DNA of 64,000 nt from Fervidicoccaceae archaeon (GCA_038734945.1 JAVYOA010000009.1:372001-436000), one strand, 5' to 3'. Positions 19,983-30,355 are shown, counted from the stretch's first letter. Translations and numbers: made by a program. Notes: a model not told the origin generated them from the letters alone.

Positions 19983-20870
19983 TCACTTCCTTGCTAATTT
20001 AATGGCCTCTTCCACAAGCTTTCTTGCTGGATTCAATCCAAGATATAGTGCTCCTTTCCAATTAGGAGAAGCATTGGCCTCGAGCACAAATCTTTCTCCC
20101 TCAACGGATTCAGCAATGTCTATGCCTCCATAGAACAGCTTCAGAACATCTGCTGTAGACAGTGCTATCTCAGAAATTTCACTATCAATTTCTGCCTTTT
20201 CAGGTACACCACCTTGAGCCAGATTTGTTTTGAAGTGCCCCGGCTGCGCTTTTCTATAATAAGCAGCATAGATTTCTCCATTGATCACCAGAACTCTAAT
20301 ATCTCTTCCCTCCTTTTTTTCAATGTATTCTTGAAGGAGCAATGGCTGTCCCCACGCTAAGAGCTGTTTCAGCACAGTATATGCAATGTCCTCATTGTCA
20401 AGAAGCATTATTCCCCTTCCCAGGCTGCCTATTATTGGCTTTACAACCGTTTTTCCAAGCTTTCCAACCACATTTAGAGCAACCTGGAGGTCGTTTGTGA
20501 CATAAGTTCTAGGGAAGTTAATTCCTCTTTTTTGCAGTATCGATGGCAGCATTGACTTGTCTCTAGCAAGTATGATTGAATCATAGCTATTTATCGTCAT
20601 GCTTCCCTTTGATTCTATTATCCTAACGATATTTGTCATCCAGGTGAACTGCTCTATTGAGGAAGGAGAGCTTGTCCCCCTCACAAACACAATATCTGCA
20701 TTCAGCTCCCTACCTTTTTTGAAAATATCAAGCGAGCCGTTGCTATATGCTACTGTAATATCCTGTGGTCTAAAGTATGTTCCCCCAACACCCAGTTTCT
20801 TTGCCTCAAACAATATCTCTCTGCATGAAGGAGGTGGCGTAGCGCTTGGATGCATCACCGCTATTCTCAT
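19983..20870 (-). CDS. RimK family ATP-grasp alpha-L-glutamate ligase
   Basis: VVKPIIGSLGRG, LLQEYI, RDIRVLV, FKTNLAQGG, GIDI..LEANASP. Confidence 0.88.
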   Translation of the reverse strand: MRIAVMHPSATPPPSCREILFEAKKLGVGGTYFRPQDITVAYSNGSLDIFKKGRELNADIVFVRGTSSPSSIEQFTWMTNIVRIIESKGSMTINSYDSIILARDKSMLPSILQKRGINFPRTYVTNDLQVALNVVGKLGKTVVKPIIGSLGRGIMLLDNEDIAYTVLKQLLAWGQPLLLQEYIEKKEGRDIRVLVINGEIYAAYYRKAQPGHFKTNLAQGGVPEKAEIDSEISEIALSTADVLKLFYGGIDIAESVEGERFVLEANASPNWKGALYLGLNPARKLVEEAIKLARK

Positions 20871-21014
20871 GTTTTTGTCACTTCACATAATCCATTGAAT
20901 GATACTTTATTTCAGCATTTATAAGCTAACCTATTTCTCTAATAAAAAATTTCCTCATTTTATCAGGAAGAGTTTGAATAAATTAAAGTTCAACATATTC
21001 CTTTCTTGGAAAAT

Positions 21015-22205
21015 TCACTCTACCCTCATGAGAAAACCCTTCAAGTAAAGAAGCCCGCTGTCTTCGCTTCTTACATATGGAATAGCATTATACTCTGAAG
21101 CATGAAAAATGACCCTCAGGGTGAAGCCGTTGCTTCTGGCAGCTTCTCTCAGCAATTTCAAGAGCTCTTCTTCCCTTAAACTATGGCTGCAGCTGGAGGC
21201 ATATAGTAGACCGCCTGGTTGTATTATTTTCATTGAATTTCTAAACAGATTAGCATAGGCCCTCATCCCTCTTTCCTTGTGCGATAGAGTTGGTATGAAA
21301 GCAGGGGGATCTGCTATTATCAGGTCGAATCTCCTTCTCTTCGCTACTAAGTTTTCCAGAATCTTTTCAACTCTTCCTCTTATAATCTCAAACCTTTCCT
21401 GAAAACCATTTTCAATCATGTTCCTTCTAGCAATCTCCAGAGCAATTTCATCTTCATCTACAAGGATGCTACTTGAAGCACCAGCTGTAAGGGCCGCCAG
21501 GGAAAAGGATCCCGTATATGAGAAGAGATCAAGAACTTTGAAGTCCTTCAAGTTCATCTCACTTATCTTTCTTCTAGCTTCTCTCTGATCTATATAGAAG
21601 CCAGTTTTTTGCCCCTCCCCATAATTTACGATTACTCTGTATCCATTCTCCTCGATCACTACTTCAGGCGGGGGTGCTCCGATTAAGAACTCCCTGAAAA
21701 CAGGAAGACCAAACGCCTTTCTGCCTCGCTGATCATTCTTCAAGTATACTCTTTGGCTTATTCCAAGCTCTACAATTTTTCTCGCTAAAACAGACGAGCT
21801 GCTATCCCATCCAAAGCTTGAGCTCTGTAGGACTGCAGTGTCTCCAAAAACATCAGCAATCAAACCTGGAGTCCCATCGCTATCAGCATAAAGAAGCCTG
21901 TATCCTTTTTCTGGCCTTTCTCCCCCCATCATTCTCAGCTTATATGCCTTTTCCAATCTCCATTCAATTATATCCTCGAGGCTTCTGGAGTCATTCTCTG
22001 AGACATATGCCAAAATTCTTCCTCCAATGGGGCCAATTCTCTCGTAAAAACCCCTTGCCACGATTTCATCTCTTAGTACAAATTCAACAAAGCTTCCCTG
22101 AGGAACTGCTGGGTCTTCCTTAATCCATTTCGAATATATTGTATAAGCTCTTCTAGAAAGGAACTTTTCAGCCTTTTCCTTGAGAACAACTTTATCCATT
22201 TTCAT
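21015..22205 (-). CDS. RlmI-like SAM-dependent rRNA m5C methyltransferase (PUA plus MTase)
   Basis: DGTPGLIAD, GQKTGFYIDQR, LDLFSYTGSF, DPPAF, SSCS. Confidence 0.88.
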   Translation of the reverse strand: MKMDKVVLKEKAEKFLSRRAYTIYSKWIKEDPAVPQGSFVEFVLRDEIVARGFYERIGPIGGRILAYVSENDSRSLEDIIEWRLEKAYKLRMMGGERPEKGYRLLYADSDGTPGLIADVFGDTAVLQSSSFGWDSSSSVLARKIVELGISQRVYLKNDQRGRKAFGLPVFREFLIGAPPPEVVIEENGYRVIVNYGEGQKTGFYIDQREARRKISEMNLKDFKVLDLFSYTGSFSLAALTAGASSSILVDEDEIALEIARRNMIENGFQERFEIIRGRVEKILENLVAKRRRFDLIIADPPAFIPTLSHKERGMRAYANLFRNSMKIIQPGGLLYASSCSHSLREEELLKLLREAARSNGFTLRVIFHASEYNAIPYVRSEDSGLLYLKGFLMRVE

Positions 22206-22209
22206 TTCC

Positions 22210-22938
22210 TCAATATGTGGAAAGGACCTTCGCCACAGATTCCCCTATCTTTACCATATCTCTATTGACTTTCTCACTTCCCAAGAGCCCCTTCGCTCCA
22301 TTGACTAGACTATCTGTCACGTACAAAACACAAGCTGTCCTGAAACCTCTCATCCATCCGAGAGCCGTCAATCCAGCGCATTCCATTTCTATTGAAATAA
22401 ATCCCAGCCTACCCAGTTCTTCTGCTTGTTCTTCGCTTTCAGCATAGAATGCGTCACTGCTAATTATTGGTCCCACATGGACGGAAAATCCGCTTCTCTC
22501 CAGCTCTTCCCTAAGAGGAGCTGTTAGCTCATGAGATGTTGAGTTCGGTGGAATTACGTCTCTTGGATAATATTGTTTCAGAGCACTTGAATTGAAGTGT
22601 CCTGCCGCTGTTGCCACTACCACATCTCCAATTTTTACTTCTTTTCTCAAGGATCCGGTTGTGCCAACTCTAACTATTGTTCTTGCTCCCAGCATATTCA
22701 GCTCCTCGAATACAATAATAGCACTTGGCATCCCCATTCCATGAGTAACTATGCTCAGAGGAATTCCTCCATATTTTCCCGTGAATGAAAGTAAGCCTCT
22801 GTTTGTATTGACTACTCTTGCCTCCGAGAGAAAGGCTTCTGAGAAAATCTGGGCTCTGTTTGGGTCTCCAACGGCTATCACTTTTTCTGCCAATAGCCCC
22901 TTCTGAATCTTAAGATGAACAGGTTCCCTTATCTCCAA
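22210..22938 (-). CDS. Purine-nucleoside / MTA phosphorylase (DeoD-type)
   Basis: GDPNRA, HGMGMPS, RVGTTG, SSDAFY, IEMEC; TTG start after GGTGA. Confidence 0.9.
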   Translation of the reverse strand: MEIREPVHLKIQKGLLAEKVIAVGDPNRAQIFSEAFLSEARVVNTNRGLLSFTGKYGGIPLSIVTHGMGMPSAIIVFEELNMLGARTIVRVGTTGSLRKEVKIGDVVVATAAGHFNSSALKQYYPRDVIPPNSTSHELTAPLREELERSGFSVHVGPIISSDAFYAESEEQAEELGRLGFISIEMECAGLTALGWMRGFRTACVLYVTDSLVNGAKGLLGSEKVNRDMVKIGESVAKVLSTY

Positions 22939-22984
22939 ATCTAACATCACCAAAGAAAAGAAAAGGAAAAGCACTTTTTAAATG

Positions 22985-25405
22985 TCAAGACTTCTTACCG
23001 AGGAAATCCATCAGAGATTTTTGCGCATCCTTTCCAGATCCCTTCAACTCCGCTTCTTTAACCCCAAAGTATTCTAAGATTCTCATTGCTGCTGGCACTA
23101 TTTGGTGATCCGAGTAATATTCAGTATCTACTTCATCTATTGATGCTGCAAAATAGGGCTTAACTCTTTCACTAATTTTTCCTGAACCCTTTGTTACAAC
23201 ATAACCAACTTTGTCTCCCGGAGAAATTTTAAGCCCATAGCTCTCATAAAGTCTTGCTGCTGTGACATGAGGAGCATCTACTTCATATTCATCAATCTTC
23301 TTTGTGATAGTCTTCCAAATTATCAATTTATCCATAGGAATCTTTCTATCTTTAAGTTTTGCTATTACATCCTTCACGTAGGCTATCGCCTTCTTGGTGC
23401 TCATTTCTTCCAGAATGACTCGCGATACTTCCACCTGTATGTCCTTGGCAATCTCTGACCAATCCCCTCTTATAGCCTCAAACCCAACAATATCAATTGT
23501 TCCATCTACAGTGAGTCCCACATACCTTTTTTTAGCTTCAGTGAAGAAGAGCCTCTTGTAAATCTTGTCTACCTTTATTTCAAGTCCTAGCTCTTTATCT
23601 ATCCAGCCAATTAGCTTCTCAACAAGCTCTGGCTTGTTTTCCACGAAGAGGCTATCTGTATCACCATAGATCACATTAAGTCCAATTTTCTTGGCCTCAT
23701 TAATTGCAGAGGTAATGTTTGCCCTCCCCCACGCTGTGATCGCCTCTGCACATTCTCTGCAGTACCATCTAGCTGCCTGCCATCCCATGTATCCATATGT
23801 AGCATTAGCAAGCACCTTCACAGCCTTCTGCCTTTCATCTAAGATAGAATATTCGGGAGAACCTATTTGGAGCTTCTTCATCTCATCTCTCATTTTTTTC
23901 CTTGCTTGAAGCAGTTCTGTGAGAACACTCTTGAAGAATCCCTGCGGCTCTTTCCTGAATTTGTGCCCAACATCAGGGGCTATGAAGCATTTTTCTGGGG
24001 AGCAATCCTCATCTTTTACTAGCGTGTCTGGACCAACATTGTACTTTATCATTATGTTGGGATACATGCTAGCAAAGTCCAGAACTGCCACATTTTCATG
24101 AACTCCAGGCTTTGGCGAAAGCACTATAGCTCCTTTGTAGCTCTCTCTTCCTCTCTCCTCTCTGTTTGGAACAAGCTCTCCATACCTGAAAGCCTTTCTC
24201 ATTAGATAGTATTCCAGACGAAATCCAACGCTGGCAGCCATTATTTGATCCAATGGAATTCCTGTCAGTCCAGACAGCTGTATTCCAAATGGAATGAACT
24301 TCTCAGCCAATCTATACGTTGAAACAACATCATCTCTATTATATGCTAGAACCTTGTTTGCTTCCCTATCCCCGGAATCCCAGAGCTTTGGTATTTCATA
24401 CCACTCCAGCAAAACTCTATCGCTCTTTTTCATAACTCCCATATATTCTGCTATTTCGTCCAGCGTCTTTCTCTTCGTGCCAGTCATTTCCTCAACGAAA
24501 TTGAAGATATCAACATTCAATCTTCCCTGTATGCTTATATGCCCCATCACGCTCATTGAAGGGGGTGAGTTCTTCTTCCTTCCTAAATCAAGGTCAATTT
24601 TCAAGTTCTTTGCTCGCTCCATCAAATATTGCCAGTCGAATGAATTAGTGTTATATCCTACAATTAGATCGGGATCGATCTCTCTAATATACGAGGCAAA
24701 TTTCTCAATAATCTCTCTATCAACCTTCTCTCTCGAGTAAAACTGAGCTACTCCTCCATCCATCGTTCCTATAATTATAATAGGATCTGAAGAAGGCCTC
24801 GGAGTGCCTGCTGGAGAATATACCTCAATATCAAATGCCAGCATTTTCAGCTTAGGAGGAGTTGCCTCAGCCTGAAGCTCTCTGGGGCCATCAAGCATTT
24901 CGAAAACTTTTTCGACTCTATAATCATTGTTTTCAATTTCCCTCACCTTTGCGGCGTACCATCTGAATGGCTTCATATCGTGATCTATCATGTATCTCAA
25001 TGAGAATCTAACATCTGCTTCTAGCACATCATATATGTTAGGTATGCTCCTTATGCTGTCTCTCAATAACCTAACTTGTTCTGGAATTTCAACTTCTACT
25101 TTCAACACATCCATTTCTTTTCCAAAGTACTTTCTTTTCTCGATAGAAATCTTGGAGGAAATTCTCTTCGAATTGCAAATTCTCTCTATATCTTTTTTGA
25201 CTTTCTCTATGATTTCACTTTTCTGCACCGGAAGCGCATAGAAATATGGACGAAATCTCCAATCTTCTATAACCGCATTTTTTCCATCTCTGAGCTTTGA
25301 CCATATAACTATCTTTGGCTTTTTTCCCTCAATTTCATAGCTCACATCGAGCGGTTGAAACTCAATTTCACTTTCCTGGGACAATTCGAATCCCTTCCCT
25401 AGCAC
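22985..25405 (-). CDS. polB3: Family B DNA polymerase (PolB3 type), no intein
   Basis: Exonuclease FDIEVY, YNTNSFD, YNRDD; polymerase DFASMYP, KVLANATYGY, YGDTDS; start may be TTG at 25384. Confidence 0.93.
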   Translation of the reverse strand: MLGKGFELSQESEIEFQPLDVSYEIEGKKPKIVIWSKLRDGKNAVIEDWRFRPYFYALPVQKSEIIEKVKKDIERICNSKRISSKISIEKRKYFGKEMDVLKVEVEIPEQVRLLRDSIRSIPNIYDVLEADVRFSLRYMIDHDMKPFRWYAAKVREIENNDYRVEKVFEMLDGPRELQAEATPPKLKMLAFDIEVYSPAGTPRPSSDPIIIIGTMDGGVAQFYSREKVDREIIEKFASYIREIDPDLIVGYNTNSFDWQYLMERAKNLKIDLDLGRKKNSPPSMSVMGHISIQGRLNVDIFNFVEEMTGTKRKTLDEIAEYMGVMKKSDRVLLEWYEIPKLWDSGDREANKVLAYNRDDVVSTYRLAEKFIPFGIQLSGLTGIPLDQIMAASVGFRLEYYLMRKAFRYGELVPNREERGRESYKGAIVLSPKPGVHENVAVLDFASMYPNIMIKYNVGPDTLVKDEDCSPEKCFIAPDVGHKFRKEPQGFFKSVLTELLQARKKMRDEMKKLQIGSPEYSILDERQKAVKVLANATYGYMGWQAARWYCRECAEAITAWGRANITSAINEAKKIGLNVIYGDTDSLFVENKPELVEKLIGWIDKELGLEIKVDKIYKRLFFTEAKKRYVGLTVDGTIDIVGFEAIRGDWSEIAKDIQVEVSRVILEEMSTKKAIAYVKDVIAKLKDRKIPMDKLIIWKTITKKIDEYEVDAPHVTAARLYESYGLKISPGDKVGYVVTKGSGKISERVKPYFAASIDEVDTEYYSDHQIVPAAMRILEYFGVKEAELKGSGKDAQKSLMDFLGKKS

Positions 25406-25484
25406 TCAGAAAAAGAATCTATAAATACCTTGTCAAAATAACTTTTTTAAAGTAAAGCTATATAAAAGCTTAATCAGCGAAGGG

Positions 25485-26177
25485 TTGATGAATTTGAGTA
25501 AAAGAAATTTACGAATGATTTTTATAGCATCAATACTTATATTTACACTGTTCTATTTCCTCAGTGCTTCGAATGTGAACGCTCAGTCCTCTGCAAATTC
25601 ATCTCAATATATACTCATAGATTTCAATGGGTTTGGTATAGCATCTGTAAAGCAAACGATAAATGTAAATGATATTGAAATTGTTGAAGCTCTAGGAAAG
25701 CTTCTCTACATTAATGCAGTCTCTCCTTCAAATCTAACTTATTATGTTGAAAATAACACCATAGTTCTTGTTCCCCCTTCTGGATTCACTGGGACAGCTG
25801 AGATCGACTATGTCTCACAGCTTGCCTTTCCTTCTGGCAATGCATGGATATCCAACTTCACAGCCCTCACGAACTGCACGGTACTTCTTCCCATAGGAGC
25901 CATCCCACTCGATGTAAACCCCATCCCCAGCAACTTCTCAATAACAAACAACAACAGGTTAGCTTTAATGTTCCCTCCAGGCAATATCTCAATTAGTTAC
26001 ACTCTTGCCGCAGGTCAGACAACAACTAGTCCCCCAACTCAAACAACAACTCAAGCACAGACAAGCGGCGTCGGAATCTTCTCCCAATTCATCTATGCTC
26101 TTCTTTTCATAATAATTGCTCTTATCATAGCTATTGTGCTTTTGCTTAGGGGGCGATTTTTTCGCAGCAAAGGATAA
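25485..26177 (+). CDS. Membrane-anchored extracellular protein; N-terminal part of a frameshifted COG2512-like membrane wHTH regulator
   Basis: Signal peptide, beta-rich domain with N-glycosylation sequons (VLLPIGA, LMFPPGNISISY), Thr/Gln linker, C-terminal TM helix. Confidence 0.8.
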   Translation: MMNLSKRNLRMIFIASILIFTLFYFLSASNVNAQSSANSSQYILIDFNGFGIASVKQTINVNDIEIVEALGKLLYINAVSPSNLTYYVENNTIVLVPPSGFTGTAEIDYVSQLAFPSGNAWISNFTALTNCTVLLPIGAIPLDVNPIPSNFSITNNNRLALMFPPGNISISYTLAAGQTTTSPPTQTTTQAQTSGVGIFSQFIYALLFIIIALIIAIVLLLRGRFFRSKG

Positions 26178-26409
26178 GGAGGATACAGAGGAAAAAGAAG
26201 TAATAAAAGAGGAGTTCCTCGACGAGAGAGATAGAGCCATAATATCTCTATTGAGAGAGAGGGGGCTAATGACCCCAGGAGATCTGATAAAGGCAACTGG
26301 GATACCTAGATCGGCATTTTACAGAAGGATAAACAGGCTGAAGAAAGAGGGAATAATAGAGCAGATATCAATAGCTGGCAAGATATATTATCGTCTGAAG
26401 GAGAAATAG
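26134..26409 (+). CDS. Winged-helix DNA-binding domain in the +1 frame relative to the upstream ORF; probably the C-terminus of the same gene
   Basis: LDERDRAIISLLRERG..TPGDLIKATGIPRSAFYRRINRLKKEGII; no convincing independent start codon. Confidence 0.75.
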   Translation: MCFCLGGDFFAAKDKEDTEEKEVIKEEFLDERDRAIISLLRERGLMTPGDLIKATGIPRSAFYRRINRLKKEGIIEQISIAGKIYYRLKEK

Positions 26410-26452
26410 CGTCCCGCCCTTGTTCCGAATATGTTCCGGAGTAGTTTATTAA
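26410..26452 (+). promoter_or_regulatory. Three YGTYCCG direct repeats with 11-bp period, then a TATA box
   Basis: CGTCCCG 26410, TGTTCCG 26421, TGTTCCG 26432, TTTATTAA 26445. Confidence 0.55.
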
Positions 26453-26488
26453 AAACAGTCTTATTTCAAGAATATTTGGTCGACGAAA

Positions 26489-28072
26489 ATGGTGGTCGAT
26501 AAAAGGTTCATGGTGAACCTGATGAATCCAGGAAAAATCATATACCCAGCAGGACTGCTATCTCTATTACTAGTAATATTAGTATCTCCTCTTTCCGGAA
26601 TTGCCTATGCTGCTTCAACTGCTACTTCAACAACAAGCCCAATAACAACTACTCAGAGCAGCTCTCAGGACACTGTTCAGCTCTCCATAGAAAGTATAAA
26701 CAATACATTTTCAATAATAATTTCCAAACTCAAGGAGCAGGGTTATAACACAACACAGCTGGAGCAGACAGTTTCACAGATGATTCAAGCAATACAGAGT
26801 GGAAACTATGCTCTAGGAAGATCATTGTTCATAAAGGCTGTTGACTATGTTTACAAGCTAGAGGCAGGGACCCTCATATATAATCAGACTGAGCTTATGC
26901 TCAGAGTTCAGCAGCAAATACAGAACAGAATTGCTGAACTGAATCAGAGCATTTCAAATATGACATTCCTATCATCCGAAGTTAGAACAAACCTAACTCA
27001 AATGTTGCAGCAAGCTTCACAACTTTTGCAAAGTGGAAACTATTCAGGAGCAGCCATGCTCATGGAGAGAGTAATGGTTCAGTTGAGGGAGATGAGCAAT
27101 GCTCTAAATAGAGAGAGAGTCATGACAATGCTGACAACCATGGCTATAGAGAGGGCGAATGAAATAAACAATTTGAGCGGAAGGCAGATCATTGATGAGA
27201 GAAAGCTCGAGCTGAACGAGAGTGAAATAACAAAGTTGGCATTAAAAGTCAGAGGGCTAGGGATGATCGAGAGAGAGGTAAAGGAATCATTTGCTAATAT
27301 GAACATATCCTGGGTGCTCAACACATCAGATGAGGATGTTTTCAAGCACCAGATGGGAGACGTGATGATAGGAAAGGCCAAGGAGCTACCAGAAATGTTC
27401 TTTGTGACATCTTCAGTTCTTCTCAGAACAGCTGAGGCGAGCCTCGAAAGGACAGGAAAAATGAACAAGGATATGCAGTCATATATACAAAGCCTGCAGG
27501 ACATGATTCAACAGGAGAAAGCAATTATTAATCAATCAATAAGCGCCGCAACTGGATTGATGGAAGGAAATGCCTCATCAATATCCATCATAAACCAGAG
27601 TATAACCCAGGCCCAGCAGCTCCTTAGCCAAGTCAATAACATGAAGGTTCCTCAGCAGCTTCAGAACGTGAAGGCTCTGATTGTAAATTCACTGCAGCAG
27701 CTCATTAGGGAGTTGACCTCACTGCAGAGAATATCAACTTCGCTGGAAATGCTTAGCAAGAATGTTCTGCTGAAGGGAATAGTACTGGAAATAAACGGCA
27801 ATAACCTAACAGTATTAGGGGTCATTTCTCCAGGCTCTCTAGTAATGGGAGGATATATGAACGGAATATACAATAAGCAAAGTATAGTAATGCTTCCTAC
27901 TAACTGGACGATAGTAGTGACAAATACAACAAAGATAAGTGGGGAGCTATCCACATATGCTCCAATAAAAGTGCAGGGAGTAATAGTTGACTCAGTAAAC
28001 CATGTAATCTATGCCAGCAAGATATTTACAATAAATAATACCCTAGCAGAAGAATCAGTCAATGAGGACTAA
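26489..28072 (+). CDS. Large secreted Gln-rich helical protein with a C-terminal beta (OB-like) domain
   Basis: Signal peptide ending AYA-A, Ser/Thr linker, many NxS/T sequons, no C-terminal TM helix; true start may be 26510 or 26522. Confidence 0.8.
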   Translation: MVVDKRFMVNLMNPGKIIYPAGLLSLLLVILVSPLSGIAYAASTATSTTSPITTTQSSSQDTVQLSIESINNTFSIIISKLKEQGYNTTQLEQTVSQMIQAIQSGNYALGRSLFIKAVDYVYKLEAGTLIYNQTELMLRVQQQIQNRIAELNQSISNMTFLSSEVRTNLTQMLQQASQLLQSGNYSGAAMLMERVMVQLREMSNALNRERVMTMLTTMAIERANEINNLSGRQIIDERKLELNESEITKLALKVRGLGMIEREVKESFANMNISWVLNTSDEDVFKHQMGDVMIGKAKELPEMFFVTSSVLLRTAEASLERTGKMNKDMQSYIQSLQDMIQQEKAIINQSISAATGLMEGNASSISIINQSITQAQQLLSQVNNMKVPQQLQNVKALIVNSLQQLIRELTSLQRISTSLEMLSKNVLLKGIVLEINGNNLTVLGVISPGSLVMGGYMNGIYNKQSIVMLPTNWTIVVTNTTKISGELSTYAPIKVQGVIVDSVNHVIYASKIFTINNTLAEESVNED

Positions 28073-28185
28073 ACCAAGAACTCTATTTTTCTATTATAAT
28101 TTTAAAAATCTTTTTTACTTCTCTAATCAACTAGCAATTTATATATGAACATTCATTTCCAATACTTTTTACTGGTGTTATCCTA

Positions 28186-29430
28186 TTGCGCAGGCGAATC
28201 GCAATAGCAAAAGATCAGGATGTTTCTGGAAAGAAAGTTCTTCTCAGAGTCGATATAAATTGTCCAATATCAAGAGATGGAAAAATCCTCGACGACTATC
28301 GAATAAGAATACATTCGAGTACTGTTAGGAGGCTCATTGAGGAAAATGCAGCTGTCGTAATCCTTGCGCATCAAGGCAGACCAGGAATGGATGACTTCAT
28401 AGACCTTTCTCAGCATTCCACCATCATGAGCAGGATTGTTGGCACAGATATACAGTTTGTGGATGACATTATAGGTCCTGAAAGCATTTCCAGGATAAAA
28501 AAGCTCGAGCCAGGAGAAGCACTTATGCTGGATAACGTTAGATTTCTAGCTGAAGAAAGCATAGAGGCCTCAGGTGAATTTCACGCAAAGTCGTACTTAG
28601 TTAGAAAGCTTGCACCCCACTTCAACTTCTTCATCAACGATGCATTTGCTACAGCCCACAGAAAGCATGCCAGTATGGTCGGCTTTCCGTTTGTCCTTCC
28701 CTCGTTTGCTGGAGACATAATGGAAAAAGAGGTTCTGGCACTGAGCAGTATAAAAGATCCCTCGATTTCACCAAAAGTCTTTGTTCTAGGCGGAGCTAAA
28801 TTGTCTGATAGTATAAGAATACTCAAGAATATCCTAAGTAACAGCAAGGAGTCAATAGTTTTACTAACAGGTCTTATCTCTGAGCTTTTCTATCTATCCG
28901 CTGGAAAATATCTCGGCAAATCAAGCAAGGAAAAGCTCGAAAAAGCAGGTGCGCTTGCATTGATTGGCAATGTCAGGGAACTTTATCTAAAATACAGAGA
29001 CAGAATTTATCTTCCTGTTGACTATGTTCTGGAAGATGGAAGTATGATAAGCGTTGGCAGCAATAGGGCTGATGAAAAGCAGATCAAGGATATAGGGCCA
29101 GAAACTGTTAATTTCTATGAAGATATCATGCGGGAAGGAAAAATAATTGTCATAAGGGGTCCGGCAGGTGTCATAGAGGAAAAAGAATTTAGAAATGGAA
29201 CAATCAGTTTAATGAGAGCAGCTCTCAGAGGAAATGCGAAAGTAATAATAGGAGGAGGACATCTTAGCTCATTGCTGGATGATCTCCCAGAAGAGGAAAG
29301 AAGAAAAGCTCACAACAGCACCGGAGGAGGGGCTCTCCTTCTCTTTTTGGGAGGGGAAGACCTTCCAGCAATTGATGCCCTCTCCTATTCAGCTGAAAGA
29401 TTTAATTTGAGTGGAATTGAACTTCCCTAG
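28186..29430 (+). CDS. pgk: Phosphoglycerate kinase
   Basis: LLRVDINCP, AHQGRPG, DNVRF, NDAFATAHR, LGGAK, STGGGA. Confidence 0.96.
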   Translation: MRRRIAIAKDQDVSGKKVLLRVDINCPISRDGKILDDYRIRIHSSTVRRLIEENAAVVILAHQGRPGMDDFIDLSQHSTIMSRIVGTDIQFVDDIIGPESISRIKKLEPGEALMLDNVRFLAEESIEASGEFHAKSYLVRKLAPHFNFFINDAFATAHRKHASMVGFPFVLPSFAGDIMEKEVLALSSIKDPSISPKVFVLGGAKLSDSIRILKNILSNSKESIVLLTGLISELFYLSAGKYLGKSSKEKLEKAGALALIGNVRELYLKYRDRIYLPVDYVLEDGSMISVGSNRADEKQIKDIGPETVNFYEDIMREGKIIVIRGPAGVIEEKEFRNGTISLMRAALRGNAKVIIGGGHLSSLLDDLPEEERRKAHNSTGGGALLLFLGGEDLPAIDALSYSAERFNLSGIELP

Positions 29431-29446
29431 AGGAGGTAGAACAAAA

Positions 29447-29881
29447 ATGGGAAACATAGCAGAAAAATTCCAAGACAGAGCATTCCTGTTAAGCTACATG
29501 TTCAGAAAAATACTTGTTCCCTATGATGGTTCGGCAAATAGCGAAAAAGGACTGAGAGTGGCTTTGGAGCTTTCCCTCATTTTAGGCTCGAAAATAACCT
29601 TAGCTTATGCTTGCGAAGTAGGAAGATGTGACGAACAGCTATTAAAAAGAGCAATGCAGATAGCAGAAAGCAGGGGGGTTAAAATTGAAACAAAAATAAT
29701 AGAATATAATCCAGAGGAAAGCAGTGAAGCTTCGGAAATAGTTAAGGAAGTGAACAACAATTCATATGACCTTGTTGTTGTAGGTGTAAGAGGGAAAACA
29801 GAATATGAAGGAGTTGAAAAGGGATCTGTAGCAGCCAGCCTCTTCGTCAACACTAATATAAGCTATCTGTTCGTGAAGTAG
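29447..29881 (+). CDS. Universal stress protein (UspA family)
   Basis: FRKILVPYDGS, DLVVVGVRG, GSVA; GGAGG SD before ATG 29447. Confidence 0.9.
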   Translation: MGNIAEKFQDRAFLLSYMFRKILVPYDGSANSEKGLRVALELSLILGSKITLAYACEVGRCDEQLLKRAMQIAESRGVKIETKIIEYNPEESSEASEIVKEVNNNSYDLVVVGVRGKTEYEGVEKGSVAASLFVNTNISYLFVK

Positions 29882-30355
29882 CTACTTCTTTCTCTGCATG
29901 CCTCCTAGCTCCGATTCTGCCTCGATCATTACAAGCTCTCCCTTGAGCTCGTCCAAAGCCTTTCTGATTTCCTCTATCTCGGCCTCATGAAATTGTGTCA
30001 TTGAAATTGCCTCTTTACCCATGCTTGTTGGCTTCAGTTTCTTAGATCTCCCCACTGTCTCTAGAAACTCAACATATAGCAGAGATATAACATCATCTTT
30101 TAAATTCTTGCTCACAACGGAGTTCCCAACTGCAAAGAACTTATAGCCAAAAGAAATTCCTTTTTCATTCAATTTATACATCAGAAAGTTCAATCCTTTT
30201 TCCGAAATTTCGCCAACCATATCGATTATCTTAAGTAGCTTCATCAATCTTTGGTTCTGCATTACCTGTTCTCTTGTTATTACCTGCTTCGTTTCAAATT
30301 TTACTTCCTTGCTCTTCTTTTCCTGTGTGCCGGACGCAGACATTTCTTTCCCCAA
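29882..30355 (-). CDS. Hypothetical protein, possibly winged-helix-like
   Basis: 157-aa ORF; FGYKF..SKNLKDDVISLLYVEFLE segment loosely resembles the YwgA/SocA-like fold. Confidence 0.7.
   Translation of the reverse strand: MGKEMSASGTQEKKSKEVKFETKQVITREQVMQNQRLMKLLKIIDMVGEISEKGLNFLMYKLNEKGISFGYKFFAVGNSVVSKNLKDDVISLLYVEFLETVGRSKKLKPTSMGKEAISMTQFHEAEIEEIRKALDELKGELVMIEAESELGGMQRKK

Noticed and set aside
22985..25405. Intein in, or inactivation of, PolB
   Set aside because: Normal length; exonuclease and polymerase motifs are intact and contiguous
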